Below are positions 11,301-20,984 of a stretch of DNA of 64,000 bases, one piece after another (the stretch's first letter is position 1; every line of letters starts with the position of its first letter). The position numbers and the translations under genes are program-made. The stretch covers positions 3,008,001 to 3,072,000 of the forward strand of contig CAXXVL010000002.1 in the NCBI GenBank assembly GCA_963667845.2, in the 5' to 3' direction. The DNA is from Smithellaceae bacterium (GTDB lineage: Bacteria; Desulfobacterota; Syntrophia; Syntrophales; Smithellaceae). Under the pieces are notes generated by a model. That model was not told the DNA's origin, did not search any database, and worked only from the letters and a program-made list of their open reading frames with translations.

Positions 11301-11431
11301 GCATTGCCATTGGCACGGCGTTCACGCTGTTTGTTGTCCCCGGCATGTATTTATGGCTGGCCGCGGAGCACTCCCGCGTTGCTTCAGAACAGGAACCGGT
11401 TGAGAAAAGAGAGCCTCAGCCGGAAACGTGA
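8336..11431 (+). CDS. RND efflux transporter permease (MexI/MexW-like)
   Basis: FIRRPVLA, AMRIWLDP, GLVVDDAIIVVEN, SKHGILIV, RLRPILMTT; 1031 aa. Confidence 0.92.
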   Translation: MIMHFTDIFIRRPVLAVVISLLILVLGLRSISLLKVREFPETQNAVVTVTTVYTGSDPGVVAGFITAPLENSIAQANGIDYLTSVSTGSVSTIQAYLRLNYDSNRALTEINTKVNAVLNQLPRDAQPPVISVAIGETIASMYIGFYSKVMAPNKITDYLIRVVQPKLQAVEGVQAADILGGRRFAMRIWLDPQKMAACSVTAADVSAALANNDFISAVGRTQGQMITVNLIADTTLHSVDEFRELIITSRNEAIIRLKDVSNITLGSEDYDTAVAFDGDRATYIGIKVAPGANLLTVIENVRKAFPPIEEQFPEELKGRIVYDATKYINSSIQEVISTLIKALVIVTIVIFLFLASIRSVIIPTIAIPLSLVGGFFIMLILGYSINLLTLLALVLAIGLVVDDAIIVVENCHRHIEVGLSPLQAAIVGARELAGPIIAITVVLIAVYVPIGFMGGLTGALFTEFAYSLAAAVTVSAVIALTLSPMMCSKILKTEHQENPGWFQKFVNGQFDFLRRTYQKLLTIALNYLPVTIVFAIFILVINYFLFVGSKSELAPQEDQGIIISFITTAPNATLEQTQLNSRQVFDIFKSYPETDHVFQLDGVNGLNTGVAGLVTKPWDERKRTTMQLNPMVQMKLNGIAGARAAAFLRPPLPGTSGLPVQFIVGTTNSFENLNEISQNILAGAYRTGLFAYVDTDLKIDKPQTLLRINREKAAQMGLTMRDVGGQLGAMLGGGYVNFFDLQGRSYKVIPQVMQRERLNTSQLQNYYFKTSGGTSIPFATIVDLKTDVVPESLNHFQQLNAVTISAVPAPGVTLGEALEALNNIARNGLPQGYSTDYAGLSRQFMSESRALLITFVFALIIIFLALAALFESFRDPLIVMISVPMSVCGAMIFISLGVGGATLNIYTEVGLVTLIGLISKHGILIVQFANDLQRQGENKRRAIEMASSIRLRPILMTTAAMIVGVVPLVTASGAGAEGRFNMGLVIMTGIAIGTAFTLFVVPGMYLWLAAEHSRVASEQEPVEKREPQPET

Positions 11432-11455
11432 TTTGTAATAATTTTTCCGGTCAGC

Positions 11456-11896
11456 CTATTCGACAATGGTTATTTCATCACCTACGGTAATCACACCTTC
11501 GGACAAAACACGGACGAAAATGCCTTCCTTCGGCATGACGCAGTCGCCGACGGCATGATAGATCGCGCAGGGCGCCAGACACGTTTTGCCGATCTGCGTG
11601 ACTTCGAGAAGGATATCTTTGCCGATTCTGAATTGTGTTCCGATGGGCAAGGTATACAGTTCGATGCCCTGCGTCGTCAGATTCTCGGCAAAGTCTCCAT
11701 ATTGGACATTGAGACCCTTTTGCCGGATCTTTTCGACGCTTTCTGCGGCGAGCAGGCTGACCTGTCGAATGGCCATACCGATGTGAGCATCATTTTCCAG
11801 CCCCTGGTTCACTAAAGCGCGCGCCGCTCCGACGTTATGTTTCTTTTCACCTTTTTTGTCGCTGATATTGACGGACAGAATTTTTCCCATGATCAT
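11456..11896 (-). CDS. MOSC domain protein
   Basis: GLENDAH, RQVSLL, GDFAENL, EVTQIGKxC, CVMPKEGIF. Confidence 0.85.
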   Translation of the reverse strand: MIMGKILSVNISDKKGEKKHNVGAARALVNQGLENDAHIGMAIRQVSLLAAESVEKIRQKGLNVQYGDFAENLTTQGIELYTLPIGTQFRIGKDILLEVTQIGKTCLAPCAIYHAVGDCVMPKEGIFVRVLSEGVITVGDEITIVE

Positions 11897-12274
11897 TTAT
11901 TTCCTTATCGCGATGGCTTCAATTTCCAGCGGTGCTCCCTTGGGTAAGGCTGATACTTCCACCGTCGAACGGGCGGGGGGCTCCGCTGCGAAAAAACCGG
12001 CATAAATTTCATTCACGGCGACAAAGTCGCTGATGTGTTTTAAAAAGAGGGTCGTCTTGATAATGTTTTTCAGAGACAGACCGTTTTCTTCCAGAATTGT
12101 TTGCAGATTGGTCAAAATCTGCTGCGTCGCCGACCGGATATCCATGACGATCTCACCCGTTTGAGGATTGACGGGCAGCTGCCCCGAAATAAAAACAAAG
12201 CCGCCTGTCTCCACGGCTGCAGAATACGGCCCGGCGATGAGTATTTTGCCGGACATCAATATTTTCTTTTCCAT
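11897..12274 (-). CDS. RidA/YjgF enamine-imine deaminase family
   Basis: GPYS, FISGQLP, NEIY, PPARS, LPKG, EIEAIA; RBS GGAG before ATG 12274. Confidence 0.88.
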   Translation of the reverse strand: MEKKILMSGKILIAGPYSAAVETGGFVFISGQLPVNPQTGEIVMDIRSATQQILTNLQTILEENGLSLKNIIKTTLFLKHISDFVAVNEIYAGFFAAEPPARSTVEVSALPKGAPLEIEAIAIRK

Positions 12275-12286
12275 GAGGTTCTCCAA

Positions 12287-12865
<579 letters not shown>

Positions 12866-12883
12866 ATCTTCATTCTTTTCCGT

Positions 12884-14005
12884 TTAGCGCTGATGAATAT
12901 TGGCCAAGAAATTCTTGATCAATCTGGTTTCATCTTCAATCTCAATCAAGAAAGCATCATGCCCGTAGGTGGAAATCAAATCGAAATAGGTGGTGTAAGC
13001 ATGCTTTCGCTTGAGTGCCCGGACGATATCCTGAGATTGATAGGAAGGATAAAGCCAGTCCGATTTGAAGGAAATCACCAGAAAACGAACGGCGGTTTTT
13101 TTGACGGCCGGAATGAAATTCTCACCGGAAAGGTCAAAATAGTCAAGCGCCTTGGTGATATAAAGATAAGAGTTGGCGTCGAAGCGCTTGACAAAGTTGT
13201 AACCGCGGTACCGCAGGTAACCTTCCACTTCGAAGTCGTCGGTAAATTGAAAACTGAGGTTGTCGTTTTTTAGTTTACGGGAAAATTTCTCCTCCATGGA
13301 CTGATCGCTCATAAACGTGATGTGGCCGATCATGCGCGCGACCGCCAGCCCTTTTTCGGGCTGTCCGTGCTCGTAATAGAAACCTTTGCGCCAGGCCGGG
13401 TCGGCCATGATCGACTGCCGGATGACCTCGTTAAAGGCAATCTGCTGCGGCGAATGTTTCAGTGCCGTGGCAACCGGTATCGCAGCCAGAACCCGGTTAG
13501 GGTAGGCTGAAGCCCATTGCAGCGTCTGCATGCCGCCCATGGAACCGCCGATGACGCAAAGAAGCTTTTCAATCCCCAGATGATCAATGAGGTGTCGCTG
13601 AGCTTCCACCATGTCGGCGATGGTGATCATCGGAAAATCCAGGGCGTAGGCTTTTCCGGTTTCCGGATTAATGGACGAAGGTCCGGTACTGCCTTTGCAG
13701 CCGCCGATGACGTTGGAACAGATGACAAAATACTGATGGGTGTCCAGCGCACGGCCCGGGCCGATCAGCCCGTCCCACCAGCCGGGCGTTTTGTCGTCGG
13801 GGGAAAGTCCCGCCGCGTGCGCATCGCCGGAGAGCGCATGGCAGACCAGAATCGCATTGGATTTGTCCGCATTGAGCTGGCCATACGTTTCAAAAGCGAT
13901 CGTTACGGGACCGATACTTCGTCCCGATTTCAACTGCAGCGGGCGAGGCGGTTCGGCAAACGTAAAATATTGTGTATGGATCGTTCCTAAAGATTCTTTT
14001 TTCAT
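12884..14005 (-). CDS. metX: Homoserine O-acetyltransferase
   Basis: CHALSG, GWWD, GGCKGSTGP, GGSMGG nucleophile, RFDANSY, GHDAFL. Confidence 0.92.
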   Translation of the reverse strand: MKKESLGTIHTQYFTFAEPPRPLQLKSGRSIGPVTIAFETYGQLNADKSNAILVCHALSGDAHAAGLSPDDKTPGWWDGLIGPGRALDTHQYFVICSNVIGGCKGSTGPSSINPETGKAYALDFPMITIADMVEAQRHLIDHLGIEKLLCVIGGSMGGMQTLQWASAYPNRVLAAIPVATALKHSPQQIAFNEVIRQSIMADPAWRKGFYYEHGQPEKGLAVARMIGHITFMSDQSMEEKFSRKLKNDNLSFQFTDDFEVEGYLRYRGYNFVKRFDANSYLYITKALDYFDLSGENFIPAVKKTAVRFLVISFKSDWLYPSYQSQDIVRALKRKHAYTTYFDLISTYGHDAFLIEIEDETRLIKNFLANIHQR

Positions 14006-14050
14006 AAATATCGAATATCCTGAAATCTGCTATTATAATCACCTTCCGGT

Positions 14051-14956
14051 TCAAACGATTTGCAGCATCCTTTCAATAGCGCCCCGGGCCTTATCCATGA
14101 CCGGTTTCGGCACCGTTATTTGATGATTCATATCCTGAAGAGACCAGAGAATTTTTTCCAAAGTGATTTTTTTCATGTTGGGACATGATGCTTTTTCGGA
14201 TGCCGGATAAAAAACTTTTCCCGGATTTTCTTTCTGCATCCGGTGAATGATGCCGATTTCCGTGCCGATAATGAATTCCATTGCTTGGGCCTCGCGGACA
14301 TAACGGCACATTTTCTCCGTCGATGCTACCACATCCGCCAATCCGGTCAACTCCGGCGTGCATTCCGGATGCACTAAAATTCTGGCCTCCGGGTGAAGTG
14401 TGCGGGCGCGCCTGATATCCTCAGGCAGAATCCGGGCATGCGTCGGACAAAATCCTTCCCAGCTGATGAATTTGCATCCGGTCTCACGTGAGACATAGTG
14501 AGCCAGATACTTATCGGGAACAAATATGATCTCGCTGTGGCTTTCCAGGATGTGCTGCACCATTTTCAGCGCATTGCCGGACGTGCAGCAGTAATCACAA
14601 AGAGCTTTGACGTCGGCTGACGTGTTGACATAGCATAACGTCGCCGCATTCGGGTGTTCGGACTTCAGCGCCTGTAGGCCTGCCGCGTCAATCATGTCCG
14701 CCATCGGGCAGCCGGCCTTTGGGTCCGGCAACAAAACCGTTTTGGCAGGCGACAGAATCTTAGCCGTTTCGGCCATGAAATGAACGCCGCAAAATACGAT
14801 TACATCCGCGTCGGTTTCAGCGGCCTGCATGCTGAGACCCAGGGAATCACCGACAAAGTCGGCAATGTCCTGAACTTCCGGCAGTTGATAGTTATGAGCC
14901 AGAATGACCGCATTTCTTTCTTTCTTTAACTTTGTTATTTCAGTTATCAGGTCCAT
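14051..14956 (-). CDS. nadA: Quinolinate synthase
   Basis: LAHNYQ, GDSL, FCGVHFMAET, GCPMA, YVNTS, HPEC, CPNMK. Confidence 0.95.
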   Translation of the reverse strand: MDLITEITKLKKERNAVILAHNYQLPEVQDIADFVGDSLGLSMQAAETDADVIVFCGVHFMAETAKILSPAKTVLLPDPKAGCPMADMIDAAGLQALKSEHPNAATLCYVNTSADVKALCDYCCTSGNALKMVQHILESHSEIIFVPDKYLAHYVSRETGCKFISWEGFCPTHARILPEDIRRARTLHPEARILVHPECTPELTGLADVVASTEKMCRYVREAQAMEFIIGTEIGIIHRMQKENPGKVFYPASEKASCPNMKKITLEKILWSLQDMNHQITVPKPVMDKARGAIERMLQIV

Positions 14957-14967
14957 GAAGAGCTCTT

Positions 14968-15423
14968 TTATTCTTTCTTAATGGGTCGGGCCTTGGGTTT
15001 GTTGATGCCACTCTTACCTTCCTGTTCGGCAACAAGATGGGCGAGTGTTACACCGGCCATGGCCTCTCTGATTGTTAAGCTCAGCTGCGTCCAGGTATTC
15101 CGTGACGGGCAGACAGACACGCGCGGACAAATGCCCGGATCTTTGACGCAGTTTACCAGAGAGGTTTCCCCCTCCACCGCTTCGACGATATCACACACGG
15201 AAATGTCGTTGGCGCTTCTGGCCAGAATATAACCGCCGCGTGCGCCCCGGATGGATCGAATCAGTCCGGCAGCTCTTAACGGAATGACGATCAGACTCAA
15301 ATATTTCTCTGATATGTCTTCACTGGCGGCGATATCCTTGAGGAAGACTGATTTATCCTGGCCGGCGGCGGCCAGTGCGACCATCAGCCTGACGCCGTAT
15401 CTCGAACGCGTTGATAATTTCAT
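14968..15423 (-). CDS. Rrf2 family regulator with three Cys (IscR-like)
   Basis: MKLSTRSRYG, ISEKYL, RGARGGY; C-x6-C-x5-C cluster ligands. Confidence 0.88.
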   Translation of the reverse strand: MKLSTRSRYGVRLMVALAAAGQDKSVFLKDIAASEDISEKYLSLIVIPLRAAGLIRSIRGARGGYILARSANDISVCDIVEAVEGETSLVNCVKDPGICPRVSVCPSRNTWTQLSLTIREAMAGVTLAHLVAEQEGKSGINKPKARPIKKE

Positions 15424-15493
15424 CGTTAAAGGTAACCATCAAACGGCCTTATCGTACTGTCCAAAAAATTCCTGAAACCCATCATTTCATCAC

Positions 15494-15543
15494 TAAATAC
15501 TACTCTAATGATAGTAATTAAGTCAGAAATCAAAATTTGTCAA
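15494..15543 (-). promoter_or_regulatory. Sigma70 promoter of the Rrf2 gene with overlapping 9-9-9 inverted repeat (candidate operator)
   Basis: Minus-strand TTGACA at 15543-15538; palindrome TAAATACTA-N9-TAGTAATTA (15494-15520) covers the expected -10. Confidence 0.55.
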
Positions 15544-15664
15544 GACTTTATGCGCAAAGAAGGTTGAAACAGCAGTGATTCTGCACAACGCGTCCTCAGG
15601 CTTTGCGAAAATCGGGAAGGGGACTTGCCATTATCCTGTTTCATGCATGAGAGAATAGGAGATC

Positions 15665-15727
15665 ATTTAATCCCGCTCACGCGGGACGAGTGTTAATTCT
15701 CCGCAGCCTGCTGCGATGTCGTTGATC
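15665..15727. repeat. Dispersed palindromic intergenic element, copy 2 (short form)
   Basis: ATTTAATCCCGCTCACGCGGGACGAGTGTTAATTCTCCGCAGCCTGCTGCGATGTCGTTGATC. Confidence 0.85.
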
Positions 15728-15807
15728 AGGGCACCATTTACAATTGCTTTTCAAATCCGCCATGATTATCATAAAGTTATAATTCAATAAGGGAGATATT
15801 TAGCCGT

Positions 15808-16650
15808 TTGAAGAAGATTGTCGCATTTTTACTTTGTCTGATCGTTATTCCCTCCGCGGCGTCCGCTGCCGAAAAAAAATTTCGTCCGCTTCCGGTCAAA
15901 GCGGTGATGCTGGTCGAAATGAATACCGGCCGGGTGCTTTATCAGCAAAACGCCGATAGAGTCATTCAGCCCGCTTCATTGTCCAAGATCATGTCGTTGT
16001 ATCTGATCGCGGAAGCAATTGAAAAGAAAGAGGCCGGTTACACGGATCTGGTAACGATCAGCACGAACGCCGTCGGGACGGGCGGTTCTAAAATGCTCTA
16101 TATTGCGGGGGCTCAACATGAAGTGTTTGATCTGGTCAAGGGCATGGCCGTTCATTCCGCCAATGACGCTTCCGTGGCTTTGGCCGAGTACCTTGCCGGG
16201 AGCGTCGACGACTTTGTCGTGCGCATGAATGCCAAAGCCCGCGAGTTAGGGATGAAACACACCCATTTTGTTAATCCCCATGGGCTGCCCAGCAGGAAGC
16301 AGACCACAACCGCGCGGGATATGTACATTCTGTCACGGGAATATCTGCGCCGGTTTCCGAATTCTCAAAAGATCCACTCTATCGAACGTTTTACCTTCAA
16401 CGATCAAATCCTGACGAATCGTAATGACCTCCTGCATAATTATCCCGGCGCGGACGGACTGAAAACGGGTTACGTCGGAGCCGCCGGATTTCATCTCATC
16501 GCAACAGCCAGACGGGGCGATGCGAGATTGCTGGCTGTTGTGCTGGGCGCGAAGAATCGGCGGATTCGTTCCGTGGAGACGAGGAAATTATTGGATTACG
16601 GATTTCGTCTGACCTCTGAGAAATACGCGAGTCATCGAATCGGCGTGTAA
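15808..16650 (+). CDS. D-alanyl-D-alanine carboxypeptidase (peptidase S11)
   Basis: Signal peptide; PASLSK (SxxK), SAN, FVNPHGL, GLKTG. Confidence 0.9.
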   Translation: MKKIVAFLLCLIVIPSAASAAEKKFRPLPVKAVMLVEMNTGRVLYQQNADRVIQPASLSKIMSLYLIAEAIEKKEAGYTDLVTISTNAVGTGGSKMLYIAGAQHEVFDLVKGMAVHSANDASVALAEYLAGSVDDFVVRMNAKARELGMKHTHFVNPHGLPSRKQTTTARDMYILSREYLRRFPNSQKIHSIERFTFNDQILTNRNDLLHNYPGADGLKTGYVGAAGFHLIATARRGDARLLAVVLGAKNRRIRSVETRKLLDYGFRLTSEKYASHRIGV

Positions 16651-16673
16651 CGTACGCTGCTGCTGTCGGGATT

Positions 16674-17834
16674 TCAAGGTGCCGGCGCCCCAGCGGCGTT
16701 TTCCTGACTGCTTACGGATTTCAGCGTATCGGAGAAGACATAGAGCTTGTCGCCCGGCGCTATTTTTTTGTTGCTGTTCATGCCATTCCAGATCAGCAGG
16801 GCTTTAAAGGGAACATCAAAACGGGAGGCAATGCCCGTCAGGGTATCCCCTTTCTTCACGGTATAGACCGAATCATTGATCCGTAAAAACCATTCCGAGA
16901 TAAGTTTATCATAACGTTCGGGGAAACCGGTCGCACATCCCTTGGGAATGCGAATCTGACAGGTTCCCGCGGGCAGATGATAGTATTTGATCTGCGGGTT
17001 GAGGTCTTTGATGATCTTGAAGTAGGTGCCGGCGGCCTGGGCGATGATGTGAAGAGGGACGGGCCGACTGGCCTTGATTTCCAGCGTATCAAACTCTCGG
17101 GGCCAATAGAGATCGGCCTTGGTGAGTTGATAGCCGAATCTCGCCGGATTGGACATGATAATTTTAGCAGCGAGGATTCGGAACAGGTATCTTTGTGTTT
17201 CCTGGTTTAAATAGAGCTTGTAATAACTGCTCACTTTTTGAACAAGAATTTCCGACTTCAGCCCGTCTTCGCCCATGTTGTAAGCGGCGGCCGCCAAGGT
17301 CCAGGAACCAAAGAGAGTGTAAAGATCTTTCAGATATCTGATTGCCGCCCGGGTTGCTTTATCAGCATTTCTTCTTTCGTCAATATCACTGCTGACTTCC
17401 AGGCCGTATTTTATTCCTGTGCCTTCCATAAACTGCCAATATCCGACCGCTCCCTTGTTGGAAAAGGCCAGCGGTCTCAGCGAACTTTCCGCGATGGTAA
17501 TATATTTTAAATCGTCCGGGAGGTTATTGGCTTTCAGGACTCTTTCAATTTCGGGGAAATAGCGATTGGCGCGTTTGAGCCAGAGGATCACGTCGTCGCT
17601 GTTATCCAGCGACACAAGCAATTCTCTTTCCAGACGTTCGCGAACGTCTGGATCGGCGAGCGGAACGGGTTCATTACAGAAGTTCAGCGGTTCGGTAATC
17701 CTGATGGCTTCCAGAATTGCCTGTCCGTTAGACTGGGGCGTTTTGACTTCGGCATAACTGATTGACGAGCAGGTGATAATGAGAATAATCAACAATAAGA
17801 TTGACGGATATGGCCTTAAAAAATGCTGCTTCAA
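16674..17834 (-). CDS. Lytic transglycosylase with LysM domain (MltD-like)
   Basis: AES catalytic Glu, GAVGYWQF, AAYNMG, ETQRY; C-terminal YTVKKGDTL LysM. Confidence 0.88.
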   Translation of the reverse strand: MKQHFLRPYPSILLLIILIITCSSISYAEVKTPQSNGQAILEAIRITEPLNFCNEPVPLADPDVRERLERELLVSLDNSDDVILWLKRANRYFPEIERVLKANNLPDDLKYITIAESSLRPLAFSNKGAVGYWQFMEGTGIKYGLEVSSDIDERRNADKATRAAIRYLKDLYTLFGSWTLAAAAYNMGEDGLKSEILVQKVSSYYKLYLNQETQRYLFRILAAKIIMSNPARFGYQLTKADLYWPREFDTLEIKASRPVPLHIIAQAAGTYFKIIKDLNPQIKYYHLPAGTCQIRIPKGCATGFPERYDKLISEWFLRINDSVYTVKKGDTLTGIASRFDVPFKALLIWNGMNSNKKIAPGDKLYVFSDTLKSVSSQENAAGAPAP

Positions 17835-17868
17835 AAAAATCCTCCCTATAGAAATGAAAAAACACGGC

Positions 17869-18222
17869 TCACTTGTTTTGCGATTGGGGGGTCAATTTTG
17901 GATTCGCTAAATTGTCCCGGGCTTCCTTATAATCGCGGGCGGCGCCCTGTTTGATTTCTTCGGACTGGTGCACAGCCGATTCTTTTGCTTCTTTCAAGCC
18001 CCTGGGGATATCCTCTTTCATCGCTTTGACGTCCCGGACGATCGCTTCTTTGCTTTCTTTGTAAACTTTAACAGTTCCTTCTTTCACTTCTTTAGCTGTT
18101 GCCGAAACGGACGAACCGGCATCTTTATCCGGTGATGTTTTCGTTGTGTCAGCTGCGGCAGCAACCAGACTGACTCCCGAAAGAAATAAAGCACAAAGCA
18201 GGAAAATCGACAAACGGTTCAT
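17869..18222 (-). CDS. Hypothetical secreted protein
   Basis: Signal peptide MNRLSIFLLCALFLSG, RBS GGGGAG, K/E/A-rich helical body. Confidence 0.65.
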   Translation of the reverse strand: MNRLSIFLLCALFLSGVSLVAAAADTTKTSPDKDAGSSVSATAKEVKEGTVKVYKESKEAIVRDVKAMKEDIPRGLKEAKESAVHQSEEIKQGAARDYKEARDNLANPKLTPQSQNK

Positions 18223-18274
18223 TTTATGGTCTCCCCAAGAGATGTTCTGTAAACCAAGCATATAATTTGGAAGG

Positions 18275-18304
18275 AGTATAGGCAAAAAGCAAAAGAATTG
18301 TCAA
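18275..18304 (-). promoter_or_regulatory. Candidate sigma70 promoter
   Basis: Minus strand TTGACA-N18-TATACT upstream of 18222. Confidence 0.45.
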
Positions 18305-18339
18305 TGGAAGGAATGTACTTGAGTCCGGATTTACAGCGG

Positions 18340-18550
18340 AGGACTCCAATCGCCGGAAAATGCCGCTTTCATCGTTGAAAAGATAATCCGGATAGTTGTC
18401 TCAACGTATTCTGTCTGAGCGCCGGCAGGCCAGCGTCGGTGCAAGGATCGGAATCGCTCTATTTCCCGAAGATGGCGATGATCCGGAGCACCTGATCAAA
18501 CGTGTCGACGAAGCCATGTGTGATGTCCGGAAATCAGCAAAAGCGGATAC
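18340..18550 (+). pseudogene. Remnant of a GGDEF domain C-terminus
   Basis: ENAAFIVEKII, frameshift, then ASVGARIGIALFPEDGDDPEHLIKRVDEAMCDVRKSAK, resembling SiGia.fPedg.d...Ll..AD.AMY.aK; no GGDEF motif or N-terminus. Confidence 0.7.
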
Positions 18551-18751
18551 GGCCTTGTCGGCTGATCAACATAAGCCGACTGCGGCGCTAACAGAGCATA
18601 TAGGGCTTCCCATATTTTTCTCCGGCTTCACTGCGGCTTCGCTTACCTTATCCGGATCAGCGTTGCTCATTATTTCTTTGACACATGCAGCCGTTCTTCG
18701 TATAGTGCGCGAAATGAAACATCTATTGATTCGTTCATTCTGGAGAATAAA

Positions 18752-19246
18752 ATGGTGCTGAAGGACTATCAAGAACGCTTACTGGAACTTCTGGAGCAAC
18801 TGGAATTAGACATGTCTAATCTTTACAAATTATTAGCCGAGAAATTTCCGAAATACGCGGATTTGTGGGCCACACTGTCCGAGCAGGAAATTTTGCACGC
18901 GAAGTGGGTTAAAGAGCTATCAGTCCTGGCAAAAGACGAAAAAGTCGTCTTCGATGAAAAGGTGACGAGGACCTATACCGTAAAAAAAGTATTGGAGATG
19001 ATCCAAGACACCTACGCGAAGACGCAGGCAAACAAGATCAGTTTAATGAGCGCGCTTTCCATCTGCCGGGATTTTGAGCAGTCCATTCTCGAGAAGGAAT
19101 TCTATAATTATTTTATTACAAAGGATCCGGATGCCAGGGCATTGATCAATCAAATCAGGACAGAAACGTTGGATCATCAAGTCAGGGTAAAGAAAGCGTG
19201 GGAGGAAGAAAGGAAAGTTGCCTTGAATGTGACCCGAAAAGTGTGA
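18752..19246 (+). CDS. Ferritin-like / rubrerythrin-superfamily protein
   Basis: RBS GGAG; ELxMSNLY...EQEILH and E...ETLDH diiron-type patterns in a four-helix protein. Confidence 0.6.
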   Translation: MVLKDYQERLLELLEQLELDMSNLYKLLAEKFPKYADLWATLSEQEILHAKWVKELSVLAKDEKVVFDEKVTRTYTVKKVLEMIQDTYAKTQANKISLMSALSICRDFEQSILEKEFYNYFITKDPDARALINQIRTETLDHQVRVKKAWEEERKVALNVTRKV

Positions 19247-19361
19247 GGGGTTCTTCCTGTTCAGCTCTTAAATTATTACCGGGGATCGGACGTCGGGTAC
19301 GGCATGACGATGATCAGGCAACAGATGCGCTTCTTTAATTATTTTCATTCGGGCAGGATTT

Positions 19362-19628
19362 ATGACCGATGAAGACCTTTTAAGCGAGCTCGAAGAACTT
19401 GCCTGCAAACTTGAAATAATCATTCGCGACGAGGCGCTCAATCTTGAAGAATCATGGACGAGCGGCGGGTTGTGCCGTATTGAAGGTCACTATGTTCTGA
19501 TTCTAAATTCCAGGGCAACCGTCAAAGAGAAAATTCAGGTGATGATTAAGGCATTACAGCCGTTTAACCTGAGTGATATGTACCTCAAGCCGGTCATCCG
19601 GAATCTGTTGGAAGGAGATGAGCCCTGA
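19362..19628 (+). CDS. Hypothetical protein
   Basis: RBS CAGGA; 88 aa with LEELAxKL...GGLCRI pattern. Confidence 0.65.
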   Translation: MTDEDLLSELEELACKLEIIIRDEALNLEESWTSGGLCRIEGHYVLILNSRATVKEKIQVMIKALQPFNLSDMYLKPVIRNLLEGDEP

Positions 19629-19639
19629 CCTCGGGGATG

Positions 19640-19743
19640 ATTTGATCCCGCTCGCGCGAGACGAGCGTTGATTCTCCGCAGCTTGCCGCGAAATAATGAC
19701 GTTCATTTCATCCCTGGACAGCTTGCCGGAGTGGTTGATTCAT
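19640..19743. repeat. Dispersed palindromic intergenic element, copy 3 (long form)
   Basis: ATTTGATCCCGCTCGCGCGAGACGAGCGTTGATTCTCCGCAGCTTGCCGCGAAATAATGACGTTCATTTCAT...CAGCTTGCCGGAGTGGTTGATTCAT. Confidence 0.85.
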
Positions 19744-19961
19744 CAGGCACTTGCCGGCCGCGGTTTTGTTCTTCAGCCTCAGGGAGCATCGGGATCGAGA
19801 CTCAAATGTCCAATCATTCAAAGAAGCAGCGTCATCCAGGTTCCGGCGGCTGTTGCCGCCAATCAATCCTGCAAAAGAGTGTGATGCCGTCCGGAAAATA
19901 AGGCAGATGATTTCATACAGGACCGGGCTGACACGATGCTGACTTAAAGACGGAGTGGAAA

Positions 19962-20663
19962 ATGGAATCTATGCTGTACATAAGCAGTCCGATTAATGCC
20001 CTGCTGGAGGGTTTATATCAGAACGATGTCACATTCGCTACGCTGAAAGAGAAGGGTGATTTCGGTATCGGTACGTTCAATGAACTGGACGGAGAAATGA
20101 TTGCACTCGACGGCTCTTTCTTTCAGCTCGATCTTGACGGGAATGCCATTCCGGTGGGAGGGGAGATGAAAACCCCGTTTGCGGTCATGTGTCATTTCCA
20201 GCCGATGCTGACCGACGAAATTGCCGTTCCCTTGTCCTGCGTGGCGTTCGTCGATTTTCTGAAGCGCTTGCTTCCGTCGGATAATATGTTTTATGCCATT
20301 CACATGGAGGGCGAGTTTAAATCAGTTGAGACGCGCTCGATACCCCGCACGGAAAATTACCACCCGCTTGCCGAAGCGGTCAATTTTCAGAGGAAGCGCC
20401 GTTTCCGGGATATCCGCGGGCATCTGGTTGGATTTTACACCCCTCCCTTCGTTCCTTCGGTCAACGTGCCCGGATATCACCTTCACTTTATCGACAACTC
20501 TTTCTCATGGGGCGGCCACTTGTTGAATTGCGAACCGGTACGATTGGATATCCGTCTGCAGATATTCTACAGCATGGAACTGACCCTCCCGAAAACGCTG
20601 GACTACCTTACAACCTCATTCTTGCGCGATGCGAGGAAAGATCTGGAAAAGGCCGAGAGTTGA
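19962..20663 (+). CDS. budA: Alpha-acetolactate decarboxylase
   Basis: GDFGIGTFNELDGEMI, TPFA, GYHLHF, GGHL Zn ligands. Confidence 0.92.
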   Translation: MESMLYISSPINALLEGLYQNDVTFATLKEKGDFGIGTFNELDGEMIALDGSFFQLDLDGNAIPVGGEMKTPFAVMCHFQPMLTDEIAVPLSCVAFVDFLKRLLPSDNMFYAIHMEGEFKSVETRSIPRTENYHPLAEAVNFQRKRRFRDIRGHLVGFYTPPFVPSVNVPGYHLHFIDNSFSWGGHLLNCEPVRLDIRLQIFYSMELTLPKTLDYLTTSFLRDARKDLEKAES

Positions 20664-20984
20664 AACGAAGCGGTCTTTAAAAGAAAGGGGGATGAGGATA
20701 ATGGGTTCAATCGTTTTGGAGACAGGGAATTGTGCTGCAGGTGCAGGGAAGCGGATATCTTGCTGAGAGTTTGCAGCGGATTGGCTTCACGGCAGGCGGG
20801 GTTTGGAACATTCTTGATCATCAGCGCATTGATACCGGAGTTTTCGTCACGAAAAGAACCGGCAGCCGCAGAAATCATCCGGCCTTCCATTCACAGAGCG
20901 CAGAAGCGTTGAATCTATGTCAAAAGCGGAAGCGTCGTTGCAGGCAGCCGACTGCAAAAAATTGCTTTTTGATCGAGATCGACC

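Noticed and set aside
18396..18761. 121-aa ORF as an intact gene
   Set aside because: Only the first third is GGDEF-like, the homology begins upstream in another frame and the rest looks non-coding
20664..20984. Short ORFs between budA and livF
   Set aside because: No convincing RBS or motif; may be a remnant but could not be assigned
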